This document shows, piece by piece, positions 54,774 through 63,211 of a stretch of DNA of 64,000 nucleotides. Where the stretch lies: NCBI GenBank assembly GCA_964597275.1, contig CAZQXS010000002.1:191-64190 (forward strand), read 5' to 3'. Under the pieces are notes generated by a model. The model saw only the letters and a list, made by a program, of their open reading frames with translations, was not told the DNA's origin and searched no databases. This stretch comes from an uncultured Pseudomonadota bacterium. Lineage in GTDB: Bacteria; SAR324; NAC60-12. Numbering within the stretch: position 1 is the stretch's first letter; each line of letters begins with the position of its first letter. The position numbers were made by a program, and so were the translations under genes.

Positions 54774-56003
54774 TCACCGATCCAACTCTCCTCCGATCAT
54801 GTTGATGGAGCCGAAGATCGGCACGATGTCGGCGATGTAGTGTCCAACGGTCATGTGCTTCATGGCCTGGACGTAGTTGAAGCACGGGGGCCGCAACCGG
54901 ACCCGCACGGGGTCGCCGGAGCCGTCCGAGACAACATAGAAGCCGACCTCGCCATTGCCGCCCTCGACGGCTGTGTAGGCTTCCCCTTCCGGAGGCTGGT
55001 GGCCTTCCATGACCATCTTGAAGTGCTCGATCAGCCCCTCGATGTTGCCGTAAACCTCCTTCTTGTCCGGATAATGCACCCAGCGCTGGTCGGTCATGAT
55101 CGGGCCGTAGGGCATCTTGTCGGCGGCCTGCTCGATGATGGAAATGCTCTGGCGCATTTCCTCCATGCGCACGAGATAGCGGTCGAAGCAGTCCCCGACG
55201 GTGCCCACCGGAATCTCGAAATCAAGCTCGTCATAAACCGAGTGGGCATCGGAACGCCGCACGTCAAACGGCACCCCGCAGGCTCGCAACATCGGCCCGG
55301 AGAAACCGAAGGAAAGCGCGTCTTCCTTGGAGATCGGCCCCACGTCCTTGACGCGGTCAATGAAAATCTTGTTCTTCGAGAGCAGCTTGTCGCATTCGTC
55401 AAGGATGTCCTTCACCTTATCGAGCCGTTCCTGCAAGTCGTCAAGGAAACCGTCCGGAAGGTCGGTGGCGTTGCCGCCGAAGCGTGTCCAGTTGGTCGTC
55501 AGCCGTGCCCCGCTGACTTGCTCGACGAGTTCCCACAGGTACTCGCGGGCCTTGATGAACCAGAGGAAGAAGGTGAAGGCTCCCACTTCCATCGCCGCCG
55601 CGCCCACGCAGGTGAGGTGGTCGGTGATCCGGGAGATCTCGCCCATGATGACGCGGGTGAACTCAGCACGGCGCGGCACCTCGACCCCGTAGAGCTTTTC
55701 CACCGCCATCGAGTAGCCGATGTTGTTGAGCAGAGGCGAGACGTAGTTGAGGCGGTCGGTGTAGGGAATCACCTGAATCCACTTCGAGTTCTCGGACTCC
55801 TTCTCGAAGCCCCGATGCAGGTAGCCGATTTCCGGAACCATGTCCACGATCATCTCGCCATCCACATAGGTGGTGAAGCGCACGATTCCGTGCATGGCGG
55901 GATGGGCCGGCCCCACCTCAATCGCCATGATCGAGGTGTCCTCGTCCGCTTCGATAGGAATTCCGGAAAGCCGGGGTTCTGCGAGTGCGGTGTCCATGCT
56001 CAT
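54774..56003 (-). CDS. nuoD: NADH-quinone oxidoreductase subunit D
   Basis: 409 aa; [NiFe]-hydrogenase large-subunit-like fold with NuoD motifs. 4-bp overlap with nuoC. Confidence 0.9.
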   Translation of the reverse strand: MSMDTALAEPRLSGIPIEADEDTSIMAIEVGPAHPAMHGIVRFTTYVDGEMIVDMVPEIGYLHRGFEKESENSKWIQVIPYTDRLNYVSPLLNNIGYSMAVEKLYGVEVPRRAEFTRVIMGEISRITDHLTCVGAAAMEVGAFTFFLWFIKAREYLWELVEQVSGARLTTNWTRFGGNATDLPDGFLDDLQERLDKVKDILDECDKLLSKNKIFIDRVKDVGPISKEDALSFGFSGPMLRACGVPFDVRRSDAHSVYDELDFEIPVGTVGDCFDRYLVRMEEMRQSISIIEQAADKMPYGPIMTDQRWVHYPDKKEVYGNIEGLIEHFKMVMEGHQPPEGEAYTAVEGGNGEVGFYVVSDGSGDPVRVRLRPPCFNYVQAMKHMTVGHYIADIVPIFGSINMIGGELDR

Positions 56004-56548
56004 GCCCTTCCGTACTGGTTGCGTTCGTCAATTTCTCGCAGTTCGATGATCGGCTGCTGGCGGTCCATGGGATAGTCCTTGCGGAGGGGGTGCCCTTCGA
56101 ACTGGTCGTACATGAGCAGGCGCGTGAGGTTGGGGTGTCCGGTGAACTCGATGCCGAACATGTCCCAGCACTCGCGCTCGTACCAGTTGACGACCTCCCA
56201 AAGCTCGTGGATCGAATCCACCCGGCAGTCGTCTTCCGGCAGCGGGGTCTTGACGCGCAGGCGGTGGCCGTGGGTGAGCGACTTGAAGTGATAGACCACT
56301 TCAAAGCGCGGATCGCGGCCTTGTTCAAAATAATCGACGGCGGTGAGGTCCACCATCAGCTCGAACTTGCAACGCGGGTCGTCGCGCAGGAACTGGCAGA
56401 CGGGCACAATCGCGTCGCGCTTGATGCGGACGGTCTCATCGCCCCGGTGGTTGTGGAAGTCAAGCAGCGTGTCTGGAAACTGCTGCTGGAGCAGGGCGGT
56501 GAGCATCCCCGGGGCTTCAGATTCCGAAGCGGTAGTGGTCTTAGTCAT
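56000..56548 (-). CDS. nuoC: NADH-quinone oxidoreductase subunit C
   Basis: 182 aa; NuoC/30-kDa subunit motif ...ERECWDMFGI.F.GHP.LRR.L. Confidence 0.85.
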   Translation of the reverse strand: MTKTTTASESEAPGMLTALLQQQFPDTLLDFHNHRGDETVRIKRDAIVPVCQFLRDDPRCKFELMVDLTAVDYFEQGRDPRFEVVYHFKSLTHGHRLRVKTPLPEDDCRVDSIHELWEVVNWYERECWDMFGIEFTGHPNLTRLLMYDQFEGHPLRKDYPMDRQQPIIELREIDERNQYGRA

Positions 56549-56580
56549 GGGCGTGGGTCAGGACGGATTTTACCGCAGGG

Positions 56581-57285
56581 TCAGGACTCTTCGCGGAGTG
56601 CCTCTTTCTTGCGCTGATCGGCAGGGGAGTCGTAGCCCATGTGCGGGCGCACGACCACGTTTTCATCGGAGTACACATAGCCGGGCTTGGTGCTGCGGTT
56701 GCTCTTGGGGTTCTGCATGTTCTCCAGCACCTGCTTGTCCGAAATCTGGAAGTAGCGGCTGAGTTGATCCAGCTTTTGCTCGCGGTGCCGAGCCATCTCC
56801 GGGTTGAGCATCCCGCTCTTGACGGTCGGCCCGTCGTTCTGGATGCGGTGCTGCAACTCCATCAGGCCATCCAGCACCGCTTCCGGACGCGGCGGGCAGC
56901 CCGCGATGTACACGTCCACTGGAATCAGGCGGTCAATGCCCTGAAGCACCGAATAGTTCTGGTAGAAGCCGCCGGAGGACGCACACGCTCCAAAGGCCAT
57001 CACCCACTTCGGCTCCGCCATCTGGTCGTAGATCGTCTTCAGCACCGGAGCCATCTTGTGCGTGATCGTGCCCACCACCCAGAGGACATCCGACTGCCTA
57101 GGCGAAAAACGCGGGATTTCCGCGCCAAAGCGCGAGATGTCGTAGTGGGAACACGCCGCCGCCATGTACTCCATCCCGCAACATGCGGTCACGAAGGGGT
57201 ACTGGAACAGCGAGAATTTGCGCGACCAGTTGACCACGTTGTCGAAGGTGGTGGTCAGAAAGTCACCGTAGTTTGCAGCAGCCAT
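56581..57285 (-). CDS. nuoB: NADH-quinone oxidoreductase subunit B (with C-terminal extension)
   Basis: CCGMEYM...GACASSGG...GCPPRPE cluster N2 ligands; about 60-aa extra C-terminal tail. Confidence 0.9.
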   Translation of the reverse strand: MAAANYGDFLTTTFDNVVNWSRKFSLFQYPFVTACCGMEYMAAACSHYDISRFGAEIPRFSPRQSDVLWVVGTITHKMAPVLKTIYDQMAEPKWVMAFGACASSGGFYQNYSVLQGIDRLIPVDVYIAGCPPRPEAVLDGLMELQHRIQNDGPTVKSGMLNPEMARHREQKLDQLSRYFQISDKQVLENMQNPKSNRSTKPGYVYSDENVVVRPHMGYDSPADQRKKEALREES

Positions 57286-57309
57286 GATTCTCCTAAGTTC
57301 GTGGTTCTG

Positions 57310-57672
57310 TCACTCCCATTCGAGCGCACCTTTTTTCCAATCATAGACCAACCCGAGCGTCAGCACCAAAATGAACACCATGCTGGCGATGAAGCCGAAC
57401 CAGCCGAGTTCCCGGATCTGCACCGTCCACGGGTAGAGAAAGACGATCTCGACGTCGAACACCAGAAACACCAGCGCGGTCATGAAGAACTTGACGTCGT
57501 AGCGGTGCCCCTCCATGCCCTCACGAATGAATCCGGATTCAAACGGAGCCGCCTTTTCACGAGTGCGCAGCTTGGGGCCGATCACCAAACCAACGATGGT
57601 GAACACCCCCGCAAGGCCAACGCCCACAAGGATCAGGATCAGGATGGGAAGGTAGTCGTTGGTGATGGTCAT
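57310..57672 (-). CDS. nuoA: NADH-quinone oxidoreductase subunit A
   Basis: 120 aa, 3 TM; ...PFESGF...RYDVKFFMTALVFLVFDVEIVFLYPW. Confidence 0.85.
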   Translation of the reverse strand: MTITNDYLPILILILVGVGLAGVFTIVGLVIGPKLRTREKAAPFESGFIREGMEGHRYDVKFFMTALVFLVFDVEIVFLYPWTVQIRELGWFGFIASMVFILVLTLGLVYDWKKGALEWE

Positions 57673-57755
57673 GCAACGTTTCTTGGAGTGGACGAACAGG
57701 TCCGGTTAAAGTCTTCGCAGTATTTCATCGGCCCCTTGGATTGTCAATGGAATTC

Positions 57756-59696
57756 CTAGCGCACTGCCGTACCCGGAGCCGCGGCTTCCGGTGCCTCGAC
57801 CACAGTGATCGTGATACCGTCGTCCGACGCGAGGACCATGCCTTCCGAAAGCTCCCCGCGCAGCTTAGCAGGCTTGAGGTTGGCCACGACCACCACGCGC
57901 TTGCCGAGCATTTGCTCCGGAGCGTAGAACTCCGCCACGCCGGAAACGATGCTGCGCAAGCGTCCCTCGCCCAAATCCACCTGCGAAACCAGCAGCTTGT
58001 CCGATTTCTCCACACGGCGGCACTCCCGGATGACCCCCACCTTCAACTCAATCTGCTGGAAGGTGTCAATACCGATTTCGTTTCCAGAGTCCGCAGCCTC
58101 AGCTTTTGGCTTGGGGGCGGCTTCGGGCTTGGCTTTTTTCTCTGGTTTGGGAGCCGATTGTGTGGAAGTCGCCTGCAATTTAGGAAACAGCGGGAACGGT
58201 TCGGGAAGCGTCGTGCCCGGCTGCAAACCTCCGGGAGTCAGTTGCTCAAACGCAAGCGTCTGCTCGGACAAGCCCAGCAGCCGACTCGCCTCTGCCATCT
58301 TTTCCGGCATAACCGGCTGGAGCAGTCCGACCAGAATGCGCGAGCAGTCCAACGCCGTGTACAGCACCGTTCCGAGCAGTTCGTGCTGGTCCGGCTCCTT
58401 GGCCAGCTTCCACGGCTTGTGTTCGTCAATGTACTTGTTGACCGCACTCGCGAGTTGGGTCACCAGTTCCAGCGCACGATGCGGCTGAAACTCGCGCACC
58501 CGTTCCCGGACGCGGCCCACGCCTTCCACAAACTCGCGGCGCAGGTTGGTTTCCAACTCGGCCAGTTCGCCGCACAGGGGCACCTGCCCGTCAAAGTTCT
58601 TACGGGAAAGCGTGATCGAGCGGCTGATGAGGTTGCCGAGGTTGTTGGCGAGATCACCGTTGTAGCGGGCAAGCGCGAGTTCTTCCGTGAAATTCGAGTC
58701 CTCCCCAAAGCTCATTTCGCGCAACAGGAAATAGCGCAGTGCGTCCACGCCCACGGTGTCCTTCAGGTCCAGCGGGCTGACGACGTTCCCCAGCGACTTG
58801 CTCATCTTGCTGCCGCCGATCACCCAGTGTCCGTGAACCACCAGCTTTTGGTAAACGGGCATCCCTGCCGCCTTGAGCATGCACGGCCAGTAGATGCCGT
58901 GCGTCTTGAGGATGTCCTTGCCGATGATGTGGTGGCAGTGCGGCCAGAACTTCTGGTAGTTCGGAGCGTCCGGCCAGCCGAGGGCATTGGGGTAGTTCAG
59001 CAGGGCATCGAACCAGACGTAGGTGACGAACTCACGGTCGAATGGCAACTCAATGCCCCAACTCAGACGGCTTTTGGGACGCGAAATACAGAGGTCTTGC
59101 AGAGGGGCTTCGAGAAAACGCAACAGTTCGTTGCGATAGCGTCCGGGATAGACCAACTCCGGATTGCCCTCCAACAACTGCACCAGCCAGTCCTGATAGG
59201 CGCTCATCCGAAAGAAGTAATTCTGCTCCTTGTGCGGTTGGGGCGGCTTTTGGTGGTCCGGACAGTCGCCCTCCGGGGTCAGTTCCGACTCGTCCAAGAA
59301 ACGCTCGCAGCCGACGCAGTACAGCCCCTCGTATTCCTTGAGGTAGATTTCGCCCTGATCGTGGATTTTCTGCAACACCGCCTGCACCCGCGACTTGTGT
59401 TCCGGGTCGGTCGTGCGGATGAACTGGTCGTGCGCAATGTGCAACGGCGGCCACAATTCCCGGAACTCCGAAGCCATGCGGTCCACGAATTCCTGCGGGG
59501 CGATTCCGGCCTGTGCCGCCGACTCCGCGATCTTCTGCCCGTGTTCGTCCGTGCCCGTCAGAAAATACGCCTCCTCGCCAAACAGCCGCCGATAGCGCAC
59601 AAACACATCCGTCGCAATCGTCGTGTACGCATGCCCGATGTGCGGGTGGCTGTTGACGTAGTAGATCGGAGTGGTGACGTAGAAAGTTTCGCTCAT
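57756..59696 (-). CDS. metG: methionine--tRNA ligase with C-terminal EMAP-like tRNA-binding domain
   Basis: HIGH motif (HPHIGHAY), zinc knuckle CVGCERF...CPDH, KMSKS. 646 aa. Confidence 0.9.
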   Translation of the reverse strand: MSETFYVTTPIYYVNSHPHIGHAYTTIATDVFVRYRRLFGEEAYFLTGTDEHGQKIAESAAQAGIAPQEFVDRMASEFRELWPPLHIAHDQFIRTTDPEHKSRVQAVLQKIHDQGEIYLKEYEGLYCVGCERFLDESELTPEGDCPDHQKPPQPHKEQNYFFRMSAYQDWLVQLLEGNPELVYPGRYRNELLRFLEAPLQDLCISRPKSRLSWGIELPFDREFVTYVWFDALLNYPNALGWPDAPNYQKFWPHCHHIIGKDILKTHGIYWPCMLKAAGMPVYQKLVVHGHWVIGGSKMSKSLGNVVSPLDLKDTVGVDALRYFLLREMSFGEDSNFTEELALARYNGDLANNLGNLISRSITLSRKNFDGQVPLCGELAELETNLRREFVEGVGRVRERVREFQPHRALELVTQLASAVNKYIDEHKPWKLAKEPDQHELLGTVLYTALDCSRILVGLLQPVMPEKMAEASRLLGLSEQTLAFEQLTPGGLQPGTTLPEPFPLFPKLQATSTQSAPKPEKKAKPEAAPKPKAEAADSGNEIGIDTFQQIELKVGVIRECRRVEKSDKLLVSQVDLGEGRLRSIVSGVAEFYAPEQMLGKRVVVVANLKPAKLRGELSEGMVLASDDGITITVVEAPEAAAPGTAVR

Positions 59697-59705
59697 TTGA
59701 TGCGT

Positions 59706-59999
59706 TCAGTCCGAGGGCAACACAATCCCCGGCTCTTCCGGGTGGGGACGATAGAGGACCAGCGTTTTGCCGATCACCTGCACCACCGCCACCTCCTCGC
59801 GTCCGTCCAACTCGGCGGCGCACTCCTTCTGCGAGATCGGACTGTTTTCCATCACCTTCACCTTGATCAACTCGTTGGCGAGCAGGCGGGCTTCGATCTG
59901 CTTGAAGGCGTCGTCGGTGAGTCCGGCCTTGCCGATGTTGACCACGGGTTTGAGGGCGTGGGCGAGTCCGCGCAGGTAGCGTTTTTGTGATCCGGTCAT
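59706..59999 (-). CDS. yhbY: ribosome assembly RNA-binding protein YhbY (CRS1/YhbY domain)
   Basis: 97 aa; LTGSQKRYLRGLAH...VNIGKAGLTD...KVK motif set. Confidence 0.75.
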   Translation of the reverse strand: MTGSQKRYLRGLAHALKPVVNIGKAGLTDDAFKQIEARLLANELIKVKVMENSPISQKECAAELDGREEVAVVQVIGKTLVLYRPHPEEPGIVLPSD

Positions 60000-60138
60000 G
60001 CGGAAGGTGCAGTCGTCAGTGGTCAGTGGTCGGTTGCTCGATGCGGCGGGCGCAGCGAGTCCCTCAAGCCTTGATCTCCAAGCAAGCAGGCTACCAAGCG
60101 GCTCTGCGCCTCACAAGCCGATTCCCCCCCAATACATT

Positions 60139-61248
60139 TCAGCGCAGGGGCGGGTAGATGAAGCGGAAGTGGATCACCAGTTCGTCCTCCGTGAAGTCCT
60201 CTGGCAGCGCAGGCAGTTGCCCGGAAGCCAGCAGAGCGGAGATCACCGAGGCTTCCATCTCCGGCGAGGCCAGCACGACGTTGGTGACTTCGTAGGAATT
60301 CAGCATTCCAGAGCGGGACACGCGCACCAGCACAAAGACATCGCCTCCCTGCGGACGCAGGCCGCGTGCGTAATCCAGCGGCGGGTTGTTGCCCCAGGTG
60401 TAGCGCAGCGTCTTCGCCCAGCGGCCCATGTACGATTCATAGGGCCAGTCGTAGGAGTTGAGCGTGAAGAAGCCCCCGCCGGGCTGCCCGGAGTCTCCCA
60501 TGCCCGGAGGTGGGGGAATGGCCGATGGTTGGTTTTGGGAAAGCGCTGGATTCGCGGGCTTGGGCAGTTCCCCCCCAGCTTGGAGCGCCCCGGAGAGTTT
60601 CAGGAGTTTCGGAGGCTCCGTCATGCCTTCGCGCAGAAACCACTGCTTCGGAAGCGGAGGAGGCTCCGCCACCTGTGGCACCACTCCGGCGGACTGCGGC
60701 TGGGGCGGGAGCGCGGGCTGACCCGGACTCCGTGCGGGACTCGGCAGATTGGGCTCCAGCCGCGCCAGCAGCTTTTCTTCAGATTCGGCGGATTCCGCAT
60801 CCGTTTCCGCAGGTTGGGGCGTGGGGGCTGCGGCATCCGTGGACCGTTGCGTTTGAGGTTGTTCCGCAGGTTTCGGCTCCGGGGCGGGAGGCTTAGGTTC
60901 GGGCGGGCGGGAAGCGCTCTTGAGCTGCTTCATGCTCAACTGCTCCGCCGGAGTTTCCTGAATGAGGTCTTCGAGTTGATCAGTTTCCAGTTCCTCCACG
61001 GGAGGTTGCGGGACGGGGGGCTTTTCCGCAGGCGACGGCGCGGCAAGCGGTTGCGATGAAAGTTCTGGCTGGGAACCCGGAAGCATGGGCGCGGGCGGTG
61101 TCCAGTGTTCCAGTTCGATGAGCAGGGGATTTTCCAGAGGCGGCGGGGGCCGGAACCACTGCACCACCAGCGGAATCAGCGCGACGTGGAGTCCAAGGAC
61201 CAGCCCAAGGATGCCCAGCCGGAGCGGCAGCGGCGTCCCGGTCGGCAT
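60139..61248 (-). CDS. TonB-family energy transducer (N-terminal TM anchor, Pro-rich linker, C-terminal TonB domain)
   Basis: N-terminal hydrophobic helix, extended P/E/K-rich spacer, C-terminal beta-rich domain (DVFVLVRVSRSGMLNSYEV...). Preferred over antisense ORF 59998..61059(+). Confidence 0.6.
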   Translation of the reverse strand: MPTGTPLPLRLGILGLVLGLHVALIPLVVQWFRPPPPLENPLLIELEHWTPPAPMLPGSQPELSSQPLAAPSPAEKPPVPQPPVEELETDQLEDLIQETPAEQLSMKQLKSASRPPEPKPPAPEPKPAEQPQTQRSTDAAAPTPQPAETDAESAESEEKLLARLEPNLPSPARSPGQPALPPQPQSAGVVPQVAEPPPLPKQWFLREGMTEPPKLLKLSGALQAGGELPKPANPALSQNQPSAIPPPPGMGDSGQPGGGFFTLNSYDWPYESYMGRWAKTLRYTWGNNPPLDYARGLRPQGGDVFVLVRVSRSGMLNSYEVTNVVLASPEMEASVISALLASGQLPALPEDFTEDELVIHFRFIYPPLR

Positions 61249-61251
61249 CGC

Positions 61252-61536
61252 TCACGCCTCAATGACGCGGGGCACCTTGAAGAAGCGGTTTTCCAGATAG
61301 GGGCTGAACTGCTCCGGGGAAACCGGAGAGTCGGCGGCGCGGTCCTCCCGTACCCGTGGGGCCAACACCGATTCGGCAGCCTCGGCGTTTTCCGGAAGTT
61401 CCACCGCGTTGAGCCGCTCAAAGTAATCGAGAATGGTACCGAACTGCTGGGCAAACTCCTGCTCCTCCTCCGGAGTCAGTTCCAGCGAGGCGAGCTTGGC
61501 GATCTTGCGGACGTCCTCGATGCTGAAGGCGCTCAT
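61252..61536 (-). CDS. gatC: Asp-tRNA(Asn)/Glu-tRNA(Gln) amidotransferase subunit C
   Basis: 94 aa; MSAFSIEDVRKIAKLASLELTPEE...ILDYFERLN typical GatC. Confidence 0.8.
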   Translation of the reverse strand: MSAFSIEDVRKIAKLASLELTPEEEQEFAQQFGTILDYFERLNAVELPENAEAAESVLAPRVREDRAADSPVSPEQFSPYLENRFFKVPRVIEA

Positions 61537-61970
61537 GCAGACCCCATCAGCCGGACCTCGGCCTGCGCGACCACCTTCTCGTCCACAAAGGCTTTGGCGC
61601 TGAAGACCCAGAACTGCTTCTTGCGGTTGGCCAGCGTGGACTCGATCACCAACTGGTCTCCGGGCACGACCTGCTTGCGGAACTTCGCGTCGTTGACTCC
61701 CGCATAAAACGCCATCAGTCCGTGGTCCTCCGGCATCACCGAGTCAATGATGAACGCGCTCGTCTGCGCCATCGCCTCCAGTTGCAGCACGCCCGGAAAC
61801 ACTGCCATCTCCGGGAAGTGCCCTTGGAAAATCTGCTCGTTGATGGTCACGTTCTTGACCGCCCTGCAGAACTCCCCCTCGCGCACCTCCAGCACGCGGT
61901 CAATCATCAAAAAGGGGTAGCGGTGCGGCAGAATCTTGCGGATTGCTTCAATGTCCTTGGTCACGGTCAC
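61533..61970 (-). CDS. fabZ: 3-hydroxyacyl-[ACP] dehydratase FabZ
   Basis: LPHRYPFLMIDRV...HFPEMAVFPGVL hot-dog fold with catalytic His/Glu. Confidence 0.9.
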   Translation of the reverse strand: MTVTKDIEAIRKILPHRYPFLMIDRVLEVREGEFCRAVKNVTINEQIFQGHFPEMAVFPGVLQLEAMAQTSAFIIDSVMPEDHGLMAFYAGVNDAKFRKQVVPGDQLVIESTLANRKKQFWVFSAKAFVDEKVVAQAEVRLMGSA

Positions 61971-62491
61971 TCCGAGGCTTTGAGGGCGTTGTAGTGATCA
62001 ATCACCTTTTGGGTGAGGTCGGTGGTCTCCTGCTTCATGTAAAGGATCACCTGTGCGGCGTTGCGCTCCAGCACAAGGTCGAACTGCTCGCGGATCGAAA
62101 CCGTGCGGATCGAGCCTTTGAGTTCGCTGAAAATCCCCTCCGTCAACTGGCGTTCCTGTGCCCGTAGTTCCTGCTCGAACTGCCGCGCCTGCTCCTGCAA
62201 CTGCTGCTGGCGGCGCTGCAACTCCTGCTCCTTCTGCTGACGCGCCGACTGCGTGAGCAGCGGGTTGTTGCGCAATTCCTCCACCAACTGCCGCAGTTCC
62301 TCCTCCTCGGCCTGAAACTCCTTCTGCTTCTGCCGACCCCGCGCCTCCAGCACGTTGCGCGAGCGGATGCCCGCCTCCGATTCGTTGAGGGCGCGGCTGA
62401 GGTCCACCACCCCGATCTTGAACGCCCACGCCGGCGACGCCACCCCCAGTAGGGCCACCACCAACCAGAGCACCAGATGCTGCTTTTTCAT
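61967..62491 (-). CDS. skp: OmpH/Skp-family periplasmic chaperone
   Basis: Signal peptide MKKQHLVLWLVVALLGVASPAWA, then a long coiled-coil with Q/E/R-rich repeats. Alternative start Met1 at 62509. Confidence 0.7.
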   Translation of the reverse strand: MKKQHLVLWLVVALLGVASPAWAFKIGVVDLSRALNESEAGIRSRNVLEARGRQKQKEFQAEEEELRQLVEELRNNPLLTQSARQQKEQELQRRQQQLQEQARQFEQELRAQERQLTEGIFSELKGSIRTVSIREQFDLVLERNAAQVILYMKQETTDLTQKVIDHYNALKASE

Positions 62492-62651
62492 AAACGTCCT
62501 GTGTTCCATACCCCGATGAGTCTAACGGACTGACGCAGGAACTCAAGCCCGGAAGCACTCAGGGTGCCGCCGCCCCTGCGCTTGACTTCTGAAACAGGAT
62601 TGCTAGCCTTTGCACACTCAAGTACTTCATGAAAAAATACAGAAACCTTGA

Positions 62652-63209
62652 ATGAACCTGCAAGCCTCTGTCTTTATCGCGACCAGCCTTGATGGTTACA
62701 TCGCACGGGAGAACGGCGATGTGGACTGGCTCATTGCCGCAAACACTCAAGTCCCCGCAGGGGAAGATTGCGGCTTTTTCGTGTTTATGGAATCCGTAGA
62801 TGTTCTGGTGATGGGGAGCCGATCCTTTGAGAAGGTGCTTTCCTTCGGAGAGTGGCCCTACGGAGAGAAAGCCGTCGTGGTTCTCAGTCACCGGAACCTC
62901 ACCATTCCGGGGCCTTTGCAAAACACCGTCACGCTCTCCTCCGAATCCCCTGCTGCTCTGTGTGACCGTTTGTCTCAAAACGGCGTGAAACGCCTCTATG
63001 TGGATGGCGGTGCCATCATCCAAAGCTTCCTGAAAGCCGGGTTGCTTACCGATTTCACCATCACGGCCATTCCCGTGTTGTTAGGCAAGGGCATCCCGCT
63101 TTTTGGCGACCTTGAAGCCGACCTTCCTTTGGAACATCAAGAAACAAAGGTTTACGACTTTGGCTTTGTTCAATCCAAGTATCGCATGAACCCACACCTG
63201 AGTCGGTAA
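62652..63209 (+). CDS. dihydrofolate reductase-family protein (RibD C-terminal / YwjB-like)
   Basis: 185 aa; IATSLDGYIA...DW motif, LVMGSRSF, GG..IQ: RibD_C/DHFR-like fold. Confidence 0.7.
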   Translation: MNLQASVFIATSLDGYIARENGDVDWLIAANTQVPAGEDCGFFVFMESVDVLVMGSRSFEKVLSFGEWPYGEKAVVVLSHRNLTIPGPLQNTVTLSSESPAALCDRLSQNGVKRLYVDGGAIIQSFLKAGLLTDFTITAIPVLLGKGIPLFGDLEADLPLEHQETKVYDFGFVQSKYRMNPHLSR

Positions 63210-63211
63210 AG

